A DNA stretch of 64,000 nt from NCBI RefSeq assembly GCF_048571275.1, contig NZ_CP182357.1, positions 1,142,125 through 1,206,124 of the forward strand, given 5' to 3'. This document shows, in pieces, positions 10,334 to 21,128 of the stretch (positions within the stretch are counted from its first letter, which is position 1; the number at the start of each line of letters is the position of its first letter). The translations under genes were made by a program, and so were the position numbers. The notes beneath the pieces were generated by a model that was given only the letters and a program-made list of their open reading frames with translations, did no database searches and was not told where the DNA came from. The stretch is from Candidatus Marinarcus sp. Lineage in GTDB: Bacteria > Campylobacterota > Campylobacteria > Campylobacterales > Arcobacteraceae.

Positions 10334-12202
10334 ATGCTAAACAGTTTATATATAGCTCAAAGCGGACTTTTAAGTTCAAGAGTCTCTATAGATAATATAA
10401 GTAATAATGTTGCAAATGAAAATACTCCTGGATACAAAAAAAGAGTTGTCAACGTATCTGAAGCAGATCATCTTTCAAGAAACTCTACAGGGCGTGGAAC
10501 GATTGTTGGAAATGTTGAACGTATAACAAGTGATTATTTATATACTAATTTGGTGGATGAAAGTACAAAAGAGGCTTACTTTAAAGAGCTCTCATCTATG
10601 CTATCTGACATTGAATCTGTGTTTAAAGAGACAGATACCGCGGGTTTATCCAAAGATATAGATGGGTATTTTCAAGCATTAGAAGATTTGAAAGCAAACA
10701 GAAATGATGCCGTTTTTATCAATAATTATAAAACCAAAGCAAATGCGTTGGTTCAAGACATTAAAACACTTTATGATGGTGTAGAGGCGAAAGAAGCTTC
10801 TACTTTGGAGAGTGTAAAATTAGATACAGTACAAGTCAATTCAATCTTAGAAGAGATTGGTTCAATTAATAGAAAATTGGGCAACAAATCAGAACCAACA
10901 AATGATTTATTAGACAGAAGAGATTATCTTGAAAAACAATTGGCGACCTATGTGAATATTGAAGTCAATAAAGTTGATGAACCTTATGAATTAACCATTA
11001 ATGGACAAAGAGCTGTTTGGGCTGACAACGTTCGAAGTTATTCTGTAGCGGAAGAGTATGTAACACAACAAGATAAGTATGTTGCTGCCGATGGTGTTAC
11101 AAGTTCTTTAGCAGCCGCAGTAGGTACGTTTGATAATAATGATAAAATTGTATATACGTTAAACAATGTGGGGTCAGTTGAAGTAGTATTTGGCACATAT
11201 GTTAAAGATTCTCAAGGAAATAATTTAGATTTAGATGGTGATTCCATCCCCGATTTGGTAGATGGCAGCAATTACATCAGAGCATTGGCTGAGACCATCA
11301 ATAATGATCCGTATATGAATAAAATCGTGACGGTTTATAATGGAGATTACACCAAAGATGAAGCGGGCAATATTATAGCTCCAGATATGAGTGTCGACAG
11401 ACATTTGCTTATTGAAGCAAAAAATGGGGGTACGGCTGGGAATTTTGAAAGTACCTTGGAGTTTAAAAGAATAGAGGGTGGACCTCTGTTAGAAAATGTT
11501 GCTATTGCAAAAAATACAGAGTTCAGTAGAGATGGTACAAACAACATATATTTACAATCTGGTGAAAAAATGGTTGAAATTGAAAGTGGTTCCATCAAAG
11601 CAAAATTGGATAATTTAACAACACTTTCAGGAAATAATAAATTTCAAAGCTATAAAGATGCATTAAATAAGTTTGCATTTACGTTAAGTGATATTCATTC
11701 AGAGTATGCCGTTTCTACAACGGATGGTTCGTTTATTTACGGACAAGACGCTTTTGATAATATGGGTACGGATATTCAAAATGTGAAATCATTAGGCTTG
11801 TTCTCAGGAAGTGATGTGAAAACTTTAACGTTTCATGAAAATGCAGTCAACAATTTGACACAACAAGATTTAGATTATTTGGGAACGATTCACTGGAAAA
11901 GTGATTTCTCTTTTGAAAACGGTGCGCAAAATCCAGACTCAGCTGATGCAACATCATTTTCAAAATTTTTCCAACAATTACATGTAAATGTGGCAGAAGA
12001 TAAAGCGAATACTGACTTTATGTTGGAATCACAAGAGAGTGTTACAGCCTCTTTGGGCAGTGCTTATGATCAGATTGTTAAAGTTGATAAAGACGAAGAG
12101 ATGTTAAGTTTGGTGAAGTTTCAAGCTGCATATGAGGCAAATGCAAAAGTCATATCAATTGTGGATGAAATGTTACAGACCCTATTGGGTATTAAAAGAT
12201 AA
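10334..12202 (+). CDS. flgK: Flagellar hook-associated protein FlgK, copy 2
   Basis: NVANENTPGYKKR; LLDRRDYL; C-terminal VDKDEEMLSLVKFQAAYEANAK. Confidence 0.88.
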   Translation: MLNSLYIAQSGLLSSRVSIDNISNNVANENTPGYKKRVVNVSEADHLSRNSTGRGTIVGNVERITSDYLYTNLVDESTKEAYFKELSSMLSDIESVFKETDTAGLSKDIDGYFQALEDLKANRNDAVFINNYKTKANALVQDIKTLYDGVEAKEASTLESVKLDTVQVNSILEEIGSINRKLGNKSEPTNDLLDRRDYLEKQLATYVNIEVNKVDEPYELTINGQRAVWADNVRSYSVAEEYVTQQDKYVAADGVTSSLAAAVGTFDNNDKIVYTLNNVGSVEVVFGTYVKDSQGNNLDLDGDSIPDLVDGSNYIRALAETINNDPYMNKIVTVYNGDYTKDEAGNIIAPDMSVDRHLLIEAKNGGTAGNFESTLEFKRIEGGPLLENVAIAKNTEFSRDGTNNIYLQSGEKMVEIESGSIKAKLDNLTTLSGNNKFQSYKDALNKFAFTLSDIHSEYAVSTTDGSFIYGQDAFDNMGTDIQNVKSLGLFSGSDVKTLTFHENAVNNLTQQDLDYLGTIHWKSDFSFENGAQNPDSADATSFSKFFQQLHVNVAEDKANTDFMLESQESVTASLGSAYDQIVKVDKDEEMLSLVKFQAAYEANAKVISIVDEMLQTLLGIKR

Positions 12203-12214
12203 TAGGAGGCTATT

Positions 12215-13798
12215 ATGGCAGATGGAGTTTTAGGACTAGGAAGTTCAGGATCGACTGGTTTAAGTCAAGATGTTATCGATAAATTAAAAGCAGCAGAACG
12301 AAAAGCTAAAGTTGAACCCATTGAAAAAAGATTGGAAGATTGGGATGCAGAAGTTGACCAATTTGGTACGATTGAATCAAAAGTTACCGAATTGTTTAAT
12401 GCTTCAAAAGAGTTTGATCTTTTTAAAAGTGGGGCAAATGCCTTCGAAAAAGTTATTGCATCAACCAGTGGAACATCGGTGGTTTTTGACGCTACGGATA
12501 CCAGTAATTTAAAACCGGGAAGTATTTCTGTTAATGTTTCACAATTGGCTCAAAAAGATGTTTACCAATCGGCTCTTATAACAGATAAAACAGCTACGTT
12601 AGGTGCAGGAACAATTACTATTGGGGTAGGAGGTTCATCGTATGATTTCTCTACTGATGGTAAAACATATGATCAATTAATTATTGAGATGAATGGACAC
12701 CCTGAATTGGATGTGGCATTAGAACAAGTCAGCGATAGCGAATACAGAATGATCATTAAAAGTTCAGACAGTGGTATGGCGAATGCTTTGAGTATTTCAC
12801 AAACGGGAATTGATTTAGGTTTAAATGATTCCTTTACAAGTGAATCTGCATTTACACCAGGAGATACAGTTGCAGGAAGTATCACAATTAATGGCATAAC
12901 TTTTACAAATGATGGCGTAAGCTCTGGTCAAACAACATATCAAGATTTGGCTGATCAAATCAATGCGGAAGGAACATTTAGTGCCTCATTTGACGCGAAT
13001 GGAAAACTGACAATTGCCAGTGCTGATGGAATGACTTCCATGAGTGTGACCGATGATACAATGAATTTAGGTTTAGTCAGCAACAGTCAAACCTTGAAAG
13101 CTCAAAACTTTCAAGCAACCATTGATGGAATCAGTTATGATACCTCATTAAGTACCATTACGCTTCAAGGTGGATTAACGGTTACTGGCGTTGAGTTGGG
13201 AACATCAACAATCTCTCTTCAACGAGACACCAGTAATATTCAAACCAGCCTTGAGGATTTAATTACCAAATATAATGAATTATCTGACTTGATTTATGAT
13301 GGAACAACAAATGCAGATTCTAAATTGGAAGATAAATCGGCATTAAGATCCATGTTATCTGGAATAAAAGATATTATTTTTGGAACGGATTATGGTACAG
13401 ATAATGATAAAAGTTTATTTAATTATGGTCTTAATTTAGATAAAACAGGTCATCTTTCACTTGACAGTGCTGTTTTTGGAGATGCAGTTACGAACGATTT
13501 AGATAATTTGAAAGCATTATTTATTGGTGTAGCTGAAGACAAAGGGTTAGGAACTAAGTTAAAAGAGTATTTAGATGATTTGGATTCTTTTGATGGGTTA
13601 TTGACTTCTTATGGAGACTCTATGAGTAAAAGAGAAGTTAATTTGGAAGAAGAAAAACTTAAAGCGATAACAGCATTAGACAGTAAATACAGTCAATTGG
13701 CTGCTCAATTTGCATCTTATACTGCTATTATCAGTAAGTTCGAAGCCTCATTTAGTGGATTGAAACAGATGATTGCTGAGACCAATGCTGGGAATTAA
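12215..13798 (+). CDS. fliD: Flagellar filament cap protein FliD
   Basis: LGLGSSG..IDKLKAAE N-terminus; VSQLAQKDV; C-terminal coiled coil YSQLAAQFASY. Confidence 0.9.
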   Translation: MADGVLGLGSSGSTGLSQDVIDKLKAAERKAKVEPIEKRLEDWDAEVDQFGTIESKVTELFNASKEFDLFKSGANAFEKVIASTSGTSVVFDATDTSNLKPGSISVNVSQLAQKDVYQSALITDKTATLGAGTITIGVGGSSYDFSTDGKTYDQLIIEMNGHPELDVALEQVSDSEYRMIIKSSDSGMANALSISQTGIDLGLNDSFTSESAFTPGDTVAGSITINGITFTNDGVSSGQTTYQDLADQINAEGTFSASFDANGKLTIASADGMTSMSVTDDTMNLGLVSNSQTLKAQNFQATIDGISYDTSLSTITLQGGLTVTGVELGTSTISLQRDTSNIQTSLEDLITKYNELSDLIYDGTTNADSKLEDKSALRSMLSGIKDIIFGTDYGTDNDKSLFNYGLNLDKTGHLSLDSAVFGDAVTNDLDNLKALFIGVAEDKGLGTKLKEYLDDLDSFDGLLTSYGDSMSKREVNLEEEKLKAITALDSKYSQLAAQFASYTAIISKFEASFSGLKQMIAETNAGN

Positions 13799-13819
13799 TA
13801 TATACATTTAAGCTTTTAT

Positions 13820-13858
13820 ATAATATACTTATTGTTAACTTAACAATAAGTATATTAT
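13820..13858. repeat. Perfect 19-bp inverted repeat with 1-nt spacer between fliD and fliS
   Basis: ATAATATACTTATTGTTAA-C-TTAACAATAAGTATATTAT; ends immediately before the GGAG RBS of fliS. Confidence 0.9.
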
Positions 13859-13870
13859 GGAGAAGATTTA

Positions 13871-14227
13871 ATGGGTCTTGATGTATATAATCAACAGAAT
13901 GCTGTAAGTGATGATCCTTATGTTCTGATTTTAAAGCTGTATGAAGGACTGCTGAAGTTTCTTTCTATGGTCAGAGCAGCAATGCAAGAAAATGATATTG
14001 AGGCAAAATTCACCTATATTAATAAATCAATTGCTATTTTCGATGAATTAAGAAATGTTCTTGACTTTGATGGTGGTGATGTATCTTATTATTTGGATGG
14101 CTTGTATTTATACCAAATAGAGACACTTTTTTCTGCAGGAATTGATAACAACGTTAACTCTGTTAATCAAGTAATTAAAGTAGTTCAAGGATTAATAGAA
14201 GCATGGAAAGACGAGACTGGTCTTTAG
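13871..14227 (+). CDS. fliS: Flagellin chaperone FliS
   Basis: LILKLYEG; INKSIAIFDELRNVLD; LDGLY; follows fliD. Confidence 0.9.
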   Translation: MGLDVYNQQNAVSDDPYVLILKLYEGLLKFLSMVRAAMQENDIEAKFTYINKSIAIFDELRNVLDFDGGDVSYYLDGLYLYQIETLFSAGIDNNVNSVNQVIKVVQGLIEAWKDETGL

Positions 14228-14475
14228 AAGCAATGAAAGAGTTGATATTTATTGACTCTTTAGATGAACAGCAAAAAGCAGCTGGACTCCTACGATGGGC
14301 AGAAAAATATATAGCTGAAGATGGTATTTTTAATTTTGATTTAGAGTTAAAAGATTTACAAAGACTGTCTGAACTTTTCTACAAAAACATAAAATTCTTA
14401 CAAGCGTACAACCAAGAAATCCAAACCAACATGGTACAAAACAAAAATCTTAAAGCATTTTTAGAAAACAGCTGA
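14203..14475 (+). CDS. Small helical protein after fliS, possibly FliT-like
   Basis: 90-aa ORF overlapping the fliS end; position in fliD-fliS-X order only. Confidence 0.5.
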   Translation: MERRDWSLEAMKELIFIDSLDEQQKAAGLLRWAEKYIAEDGIFNFDLELKDLQRLSELFYKNIKFLQAYNQEIQTNMVQNKNLKAFLENS

Positions 14476-14494
14476 TTTAGAAACCATTTAAAAT

Positions 14495-15472
14495 CTATTT
14501 TTTTAACTGCGTTTGCATAAAAGTAATATCAATACTCTTTTCAAATAAATAAGCCCGTATTTTTTTAGGAACTTTTTGAGTTCGACACAACTCTTTAAAT
14601 TTTTTAGGCATTAAGCTTTGAGAGTGTGGACAAATATAGATAAAATTTGGTGTAATACAAATGGCAAACAGATCAATGAGACACTCTTTTTGTCTTAATA
14701 TCTCTTCTCTTTGTGCGTGGCTTAACAGATAACCTCTTTGTTTCAGTGAAGCATCAATGGTTCTGATATTTAAGTTGTTATCGTTTGAATTTTGAAAAAT
14801 CTCCAAATCATTGATACGCAATAAGGGAGTATTTTTAATATTTAACGAGTTTAAATCTTGATGTAAATACTCAAATGATTTTGAAACGCCTCCTTTAAAT
14901 TCGTCTAAAAACTTGTTTGAAAATTCGTGTCGAAAGTAATTGCGTTTATATTTTAAATCAGTGTTTGTTTGGTCATAGAAATATTTGATATTATTTGAAA
15001 TGAGATAATTCTCCAACTCCTCTTTTGAAAAATTAAGTAAGGGCCTTAAGAGTGTGTAGCTCTCTTTTTGGATTTTCTCATTGAGTCCAAGCAACTCTTT
15101 AAGTCCTGCTCCTCGACTCAATTGCATCAAAAACCATTCCAGTTTATCGTTGAGTTGATGTGCTGTTAATAACGCTTCATAACCATACTCTTCAATGAGT
15201 TCTTCAAAGAAAGTGTATCGAGCATCTCGTGCATTTTTTTCAAAATTTGAAGTATCCAACATAATATCTTTTACAAAACACTGTTTGTTGTATTGTAAAG
15301 CAAGTGCAAGTGCATAGGCAACTTCTTGTTTTGATTGTTCGCGGATATTGTAATTTATAATGGCAATATCAAAAGGAATATTTTGTTCTAAAAGAAGAAA
15401 AAAGAGTGCCGTAGAGTCAACCCCTGCTGAGAAGGCCAAAAGGTTTTTGTTTGTCTCTACGGTGATTTTCAT
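14495..15472 (-). CDS. tilS: tRNA(Ile)-lysidine synthetase
   Basis: PP-loop LAFSAGVDS; EKNARDARY; TAHQLND. Confidence 0.93.
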   Translation of the reverse strand: MKITVETNKNLLAFSAGVDSTALFFLLLEQNIPFDIAIINYNIREQSKQEVAYALALALQYNKQCFVKDIMLDTSNFEKNARDARYTFFEELIEEYGYEALLTAHQLNDKLEWFLMQLSRGAGLKELLGLNEKIQKESYTLLRPLLNFSKEELENYLISNNIKYFYDQTNTDLKYKRNYFRHEFSNKFLDEFKGGVSKSFEYLHQDLNSLNIKNTPLLRINDLEIFQNSNDNNLNIRTIDASLKQRGYLLSHAQREEILRQKECLIDLFAICITPNFIYICPHSQSLMPKKFKELCRTQKVPKKIRAYLFEKSIDITFMQTQLKK

Positions 15473-16803
15473 GATACAATAGTCGCTAAAAGCTTATCTC
15501 CAGCAATTTCAGTAATTCTGGCGTGGTATTGCTGTCCAAAGGTAATTTCGCCGTTGAGTTCATTGTCATTGATGTAAATTTCACCATCAATTTCAGGTGC
15601 CCAAAGAGTATTTCTGGCGCTTAAAAGATACTCATGTTCTTCACTTTCTCCATCCACAAAAACGTTAACCATTTTCCCCAGCTCTTTGTTTAAAGAGTTT
15701 TGAGTCACCTGATTAATAATATCACCCAAAATTTCGGCTCTTTTATTGATGGTTTTTTCGTCAATTTTATCTTCTCGTAAAAAGGCATCTGTCCCCTCTT
15801 CATCTGAGTAAGCAAACACATTTGCACGATCAAAACCATACTCTTTGACATATGTGCAAAGCTCTTCAAAATCTTTTTGTGTTTCTCCAGGGTGTCCTAC
15901 AATAAACGTGGTACGCACAAAAGAGTTAGGCACGTTTCTCATGTGTTGCATCAGTTCTCTGAGTTTCTCACTCCCTTTCCCTCTTTTCATGATTTTGAGC
16001 ATATTTTGAGAAATATGTTGTAGTGGCATATCAAAGTAGTTTTGGAAAATAGGTGAAGCTGTAACTTTATCAATCAGTTTAATTGTTGTAGTTGAAGGGT
16101 AAAGGTATAAAATCCGTGCAGTTTTAACTCCAGAGATTGCTTCAATGTTTTCAATGAGTTGTTCAAGCCCATCATTAATGCCATGATCTCTTAAGTATGA
16201 TGAAGAGTCTTGAGAGACAAAAGAGAAATCAAAATACCCTTTTGCTACAAGATTTCTGACCTCTTTAACCAAAGAGTCCAAAGTTCTTGAAAAAAGTTTG
16301 CCTTTAAACGATGGAATAGCACAAAAAGAGCATGTTTGGTTGCACCCTTCAGAGAGTTTAATATACGCATGATAACTTGACCCCGTAATGACCCTTTCAT
16401 TTTCATCGGTTTGCAAAAAGACTTCGTTAGCAAAATGGCTTCTTTTTTCATGGACAAGTTCATCGATTTTATCATAATCACCCACTCCTGTAAAAATATC
16501 TACTTCTACGAGTTCTTTTTGAAGTTCCTCTTTGTATCTCTCACTTAAACAGCCTGCCATCACTAAAACAGACTCTTCTTTTCTTTGCGTATCTAAATCA
16601 AGTACGGTGTTGATACTCTCTTGTTTTGCACTGTCAATAAACCCACACGTATTTACAATAATGACATCAGCTGTTTCGGGGTCATTGGTCAGTTTGTATT
16701 CGCTGAGTTTTGAAAGCATAACTTCTGAATCCACAAGATTTTTAGTACATCCCAATGAAACAAGATGCAATGTTTTTTGTGGGTTTTGAGTTGTAAATTT
16801 CAT
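15469..16803 (-). CDS. rimO: Ribosomal protein S12 methylthiotransferase RimO
   Basis: SLGCTKNLVDSE; radical SAM CNQTCSFC; APEIDG. Confidence 0.93.
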   Translation of the reverse strand: MKFTTQNPQKTLHLVSLGCTKNLVDSEVMLSKLSEYKLTNDPETADVIIVNTCGFIDSAKQESINTVLDLDTQRKEESVLVMAGCLSERYKEELQKELVEVDIFTGVGDYDKIDELVHEKRSHFANEVFLQTDENERVITGSSYHAYIKLSEGCNQTCSFCAIPSFKGKLFSRTLDSLVKEVRNLVAKGYFDFSFVSQDSSSYLRDHGINDGLEQLIENIEAISGVKTARILYLYPSTTTIKLIDKVTASPIFQNYFDMPLQHISQNMLKIMKRGKGSEKLRELMQHMRNVPNSFVRTTFIVGHPGETQKDFEELCTYVKEYGFDRANVFAYSDEEGTDAFLREDKIDEKTINKRAEILGDIINQVTQNSLNKELGKMVNVFVDGESEEHEYLLSARNTLWAPEIDGEIYINDNELNGEITFGQQYHARITEIAGDKLLATIVS

Positions 16804-16841
16804 ATATTTTTTGTCGTCCTATTTTTCTGATTTTTGATATA

Positions 16842-17663
16842 TTATATCCAAATATTATCGATTAATCTCGTTGAGCCTATTTTGACAGCAATGAGAATAA
16901 TGGTGTTGCCTAAAATAATCTTATCTATTTTATTGAAAGCTCTGTCTACAAAAGCGATGTATTCAATCTCCAAATCTGCCATAATATTTTGCATGCTTTC
17001 TTGGATGAGATCACACTCTAAGATGCCGCGACCAATAAGTTTTCCTGCACTGTTCAGTGATTTTGAAATTGCAAGCGCTTGTGTTCTTTGTTCATCACTT
17101 AAATAGACATTCCGACTGCTTAGGGCTAACCCATCAGATTCACGAATAATTTCACAAGGAACAATGGTAATACCTAAAAATAAGTTTTCATTCATTTGCA
17201 TAATCAGTGAGAGTTGTTGGGCATCTTTTTTCCCAAAATAGGCATGGGTAGGTTTAACCAAACCAAAAAGTTTTAAAACCACTTGTAAAACACCATCGAA
17301 GTGTCCAGGGCGACGTTCACCCTCTAAGGTATAACTTCTTAAAAGGGGTGCTTTAATTAAGACTTCATCTTGCGTATACATAGTTGTTGCCAGAGGCATA
17401 AAAAGATAATCAACTTTGCACAGTTGGCAAATCTTGATGTCGGCTTCTGTTTTTTTAGGATATTTTTCTAAATCTTCACCGGCTAAAAATTGTGTGGGAT
17501 TGACAAAAACAGAGACAATCACAATTTCATTGGCTTCTCTGGCTTTTTTTATAAGGGAGATATGCCCGTTATGAAGTGCGCCCATTGTTGGAACAAAGCC
17601 AACAGTAGCATTGATATTTTTTCTGATATTTTGCAGTTGTTCAATGGTATGAATGATTTCCAA
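16842..17663 (-). CDS. panC: Pantoate--beta-alanine ligase
   Basis: [11 protein letters not shown]; RPGHFDGV; FGKKDAQQ; GLALSSRN. Confidence 0.96.
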   Translation of the reverse strand: MEIIHTIEQLQNIRKNINATVGFVPTMGALHNGHISLIKKAREANEIVIVSVFVNPTQFLAGEDLEKYPKKTEADIKICQLCKVDYLFMPLATTMYTQDEVLIKAPLLRSYTLEGERRPGHFDGVLQVVLKLFGLVKPTHAYFGKKDAQQLSLIMQMNENLFLGITIVPCEIIRESDGLALSSRNVYLSDEQRTQALAISKSLNSAGKLIGRGILECDLIQESMQNIMADLEIEYIAFVDRAFNKIDKIILGNTIILIAVKIGSTRLIDNIWI

Positions 17664-17726
17664 AAGGTATCCTTAACGCGTCTAAAATTGGTTTTTTTTA
17701 AAGGTGTGATTATAACGATATTTTGA

Positions 17727-18686
17727 TTAATTGTTATCGTAATTTGGATTTAATTTTAACAAAATAACATCGGCCAAAATATTTCCTAAAAGGGTTAAAA
17801 AAGCACCAATAATCAGTATACCCATAATTACTGGATAATCGTGACTTAAGGCACTTTGATAAAACAAAAGTCCCATGCCATCAATGGAAAAAATTGATTC
17901 TAAAATCACACTTCCTCCAATGATTCCAGGCAGTGATAATCCAAGAAGTGTAATAACAGGTGGGTAAAGATTGGGCAAGATATAAAATCTTAACATCTCT
18001 TTTTTACTCAATCCTCTGGCTTTGGCAAAAAAGATGTAATCACTTTTTAAAATTTCAATGGTTAAAGAGCGAATATAAAGCGTCAGGCTGCCAATGCCCC
18101 CAAAGGTGATAATTGATATTGGTAAAACCAAATGCCACGCTGTATCCAAATAGTAGGTCAAGCCTGTGGCATTGGAGAGTGAATGAAGTCCCGCAATGGG
18201 AAGAATCTCCAACCAAATTGAAAAAACCAAAACACCCAACAGTGCCAAATAAAAAGAAGGCATTGAAAAACTCAAAAGGGAGAGTTGTCCTGCAAATTTA
18301 TCAAACAAGCTGTTTTTATTTAAAGCGGCTTTTATTCCCAAATACAAAGATACAATAAAAACCAAAAACATGCTGATAAGATTGATGGTTAAAGTAATAG
18401 GAACCCGCGATAAAATCTCATTTTTAACCAGTTCTCCACTGGCAAATGATATGCCAAAATCCAGATGTAAAAGAGCAATAATCCAAGCATAAAACTGCAC
18501 ATATAAAGGTTTGTCTAAACCATAAATGGCTTTTAAATGAGCAATGGCTTCTTCTGTGATATTGGGGTTAAGATCACCACTGGCAAAAAAAGAGTTTGGG
18601 GCAGCATTTATGGCAATAAATGAAATAAGGCTAATGATAAAAAGCATAATGATAAGGTATAATATTTTTTTCAAAAAAAGTTTCAT
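17727..18686 (-). CDS. Peptide/nickel ABC transporter permease (DppB/OppB family)
   Basis: YGLDKPL..Q; EAA-like loop SDYIFFAKARGLS; SRDY-like SHDYPVIMG. Confidence 0.85.
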   Translation of the reverse strand: MKLFLKKILYLIIMLFIISLISFIAINAAPNSFFASGDLNPNITEEAIAHLKAIYGLDKPLYVQFYAWIIALLHLDFGISFASGELVKNEILSRVPITLTINLISMFLVFIVSLYLGIKAALNKNSLFDKFAGQLSLLSFSMPSFYLALLGVLVFSIWLEILPIAGLHSLSNATGLTYYLDTAWHLVLPISIITFGGIGSLTLYIRSLTIEILKSDYIFFAKARGLSKKEMLRFYILPNLYPPVITLLGLSLPGIIGGSVILESIFSIDGMGLLFYQSALSHDYPVIMGILIIGAFLTLLGNILADVILLKLNPNYDNN

Positions 18687-18724
18687 AAAGATATTATAAT
18701 CAATAATTATTAATAGGAGTTTTA

Positions 18725-19075
18725 ATGATAGGAATTGACATTACTTCCATTGCTCGCATTGAAAAGATGATGGACAAATTTGAAAGAAAAGCCTTAGAAA
18801 GGTTTTTAAGTGAAGATGAGATATTACTTGTCCGAAGCCCATCAACAGCAGCGGGCTTTTGGGCAGCAAAAGAGGCTACCAGCAAAGCCTTGGGCTGTGG
18901 TATTGGAAAAACATGCGGTTTTCATGATATTATAATTTCTAAAACCAAAAAAAATGCACCTAAAATAAAACTCTCAAAAAAAGTGATGAAAAAATTTGAT
19001 ATTAAAGCCATCAGTGTGAGCATTACGCATGATGGTGGATTTGCAGCTTCTGTGGTGCACATAGAAAAAAATTAG
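18725..19075 (+). CDS. acpS: Holo-ACP synthase
   Basis: IGIDITSIARI; WAAKEATSKALG; VSITHDGG. Confidence 0.93.
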   Translation: MIGIDITSIARIEKMMDKFERKALERFLSEDEILLVRSPSTAAGFWAAKEATSKALGCGIGKTCGFHDIIISKTKKNAPKIKLSKKVMKKFDIKAISVSITHDGGFAASVVHIEKN

Positions 19076-19461
19076 TTTTTATGTGTGCGTAAATAGCGTT
19101 CTAAAATAATTTTAGCCGCCAGTGAGTCGACTCTTCCGTCTCGTTTGTATTTAATTTCACCTTTCATTAAGTCTTCTGCTTCAACTGAACTCATATTCTC
19201 TTCTTGAAATTCATACGGAATTTGAAGTTCCAGTAATGCTACAAAGTGTTTGATGCGTTTTTGCATATCTTCACTTGCACTGGGAAAGCCCACAATGAGT
19301 CTATCAATGCTCCACTCTTTTAAAAAAGCATTGACATCATTGGCCGCTTGATTTCGGTTTTTCCGTAATATGGCATTTTGAGGGGTGACGATATCTGAAG
19401 TCATACAAATAGCGACCCCAATTCTTTTAAGCCCTATATCAATGGCAGCTAATTTGCTCAT
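19072..19461 (-). CDS. ruvX: YqgF/RuvX family RNase H-like protein
   Basis: AIDIGLKRIGVA; QEENMSSVEA; VDSLAAKIILE. Confidence 0.9.
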   Translation of the reverse strand: MSKLAAIDIGLKRIGVAICMTSDIVTPQNAILRKNRNQAANDVNAFLKEWSIDRLIVGFPSASEDMQKRIKHFVALLELQIPYEFQEENMSSVEAEDLMKGEIKYKRDGRVDSLAAKIILERYLRTHKN

Positions 19462-20372
19462 TGGGTGATTAACTCATTGGCCAATTCAAAGTTATTGGCA
19501 GTCATGAGATGAATTTTTGGGTGAAATGCTTTTAAGTCTTGGAAAAGTTTATGGTTTAACTCTAAGCCTACTTTTCGCTCTTCCTCTTCTGAAATGTTAT
19601 TGGCTTTTTCTAAAGCATCAATCCAACTTTGTGGCACATGAATACCTGGCACTTGTGCCGATAAAAACAGAGCCGTTCGCAGTTTTATAATAGGAAAAAT
19701 TCCAAAAATAAGTTGCGTATCTTGTTTGTGTTCGCTGACGTTTTCTTTCGCATTTTGAAAACTTTCCAGTAACATTTTGGCATTTTCAAGGTCATACAGA
19801 GGTTGGGAAATAATTCCCACAGCCCCTTCTTGAATCTTTTTATGCATTTTGTTCTCTAATGTTTTGAAATTTCTTGCATATGAGTTGGTGACGGCAAAGG
19901 GGTAAATCTCTTTGGGTTGTTTTTTAAACGGTCGCCCTGCAAAATCCATGCCATGATTAAATGAACGTATGATTTGTAACAGCATGGTTGAGTTACCTTC
20001 AAATACCCCTTTGGTGTTGGGTTGATCACTCATTTTAGCAGGATCTCCTGTCAGACATAAAAAGGTACGTATATCAAAATCATTGGCACCTAAAATATCT
20101 GATTGCAACGCAATTTTATTTCGATCTCTCATGGTTAAAGTTGTTACGACTGGTTTTTTAAACTCATTTTGAAGTTTCATTGCTGCAAAAAGTGAATTGT
20201 ATTTTAATTTTGCCAATGGGCTATCCGTGGTTGAAAAACCATCAATTTTAGATGCCAAATCAAACTCTTTGATTTTTTCAATGATATTCTCCATGGTTGG
20301 TTCATGCTGAGGTGTTGTTTCAAGTGTTAAATAGTTACCGTGTTTCAGTTTGCTAATGAGTTCATCAAACAT
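19458..20372 (-). CDS. metF: Methylenetetrahydrofolate reductase
   Basis: TLTMRDRNKIALQS; LCLTGDP; GIISQPLYD. Confidence 0.85.
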   Translation of the reverse strand: MFDELISKLKHGNYLTLETTPQHEPTMENIIEKIKEFDLASKIDGFSTTDSPLAKLKYNSLFAAMKLQNEFKKPVVTTLTMRDRNKIALQSDILGANDFDIRTFLCLTGDPAKMSDQPNTKGVFEGNSTMLLQIIRSFNHGMDFAGRPFKKQPKEIYPFAVTNSYARNFKTLENKMHKKIQEGAVGIISQPLYDLENAKMLLESFQNAKENVSEHKQDTQLIFGIFPIIKLRTALFLSAQVPGIHVPQSWIDALEKANNISEEEERKVGLELNHKLFQDLKAFHPKIHLMTANNFELANELITQ

Positions 20373-20440
20373 TACAATAGAATCCTTAATGTAATTTAGC
20401 TATAATTATACCCTTTAAATATTAAACTTAGGAATTTATA

Positions 20441-21061
20441 ATGAAATTAGCCGTGTTTGATTTTGATTCAACATTAATGGATGGCGAAACAATTGATTTT
20501 TTAGCGCAAGAGTTAGGAATTAAAGAGAAAGTGGTCAAAATAACGCAAGAAGCGATGTCAGGACGATTGGATTTTTTTGAGAGTTTGACAACACGCGTAG
20601 GGCTTTTAAAAGGCCTAGATTATCAACGTGCTGTTGATATTTGTGCCAATCTTCCTGTAATGCCAGGTGCTTTTGAAACCGTTAAAGCGTTAAAAGAGAT
20701 GGGGTATAAAGTGGTTTGTTTCTCAGGTGGATTCAGAATTGGTACGACACCATTTAAGGAAAAACTCGGACTTGATGCTGATTTCTCTAATGTATTGCAT
20801 CACAAAGAGGGGAAACTTACAGGACTTATTGGTGGAGAGATGATGTTTGGTTTTTCTAAAGGTGAAATGTTAGAAAGAATGCAAGCGGTTATGGGCATTA
20901 CTGCCAAAGATACATTGGTTGTAGGTGATGGTGCCAACGACGTTTCCATGTTCCATTATGCCGATAAAAGAGTGGCATTTTGTGCTCATGATATTTTAAA
21001 AAAAGAGGCCAATATCATTATTGATAACAAAGATTTAAGAGAAATTTTGGCACATATGTAA
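20441..21061 (+). CDS. serB: Phosphoserine phosphatase
   Basis: HAD motif DFDSTL; SGGF; GDGANDVSM. Confidence 0.93.
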   Translation: MKLAVFDFDSTLMDGETIDFLAQELGIKEKVVKITQEAMSGRLDFFESLTTRVGLLKGLDYQRAVDICANLPVMPGAFETVKALKEMGYKVVCFSGGFRIGTTPFKEKLGLDADFSNVLHHKEGKLTGLIGGEMMFGFSKGEMLERMQAVMGITAKDTLVVGDGANDVSMFHYADKRVAFCAHDILKKEANIIIDNKDLREILAHM

Positions 21062-21128
21062 CCCGCTTCTAAAAAGAAAAGATATAAGAAAAAAATCCTA
21101 TACATAGGGACAATTAAAAGGAATTAAG

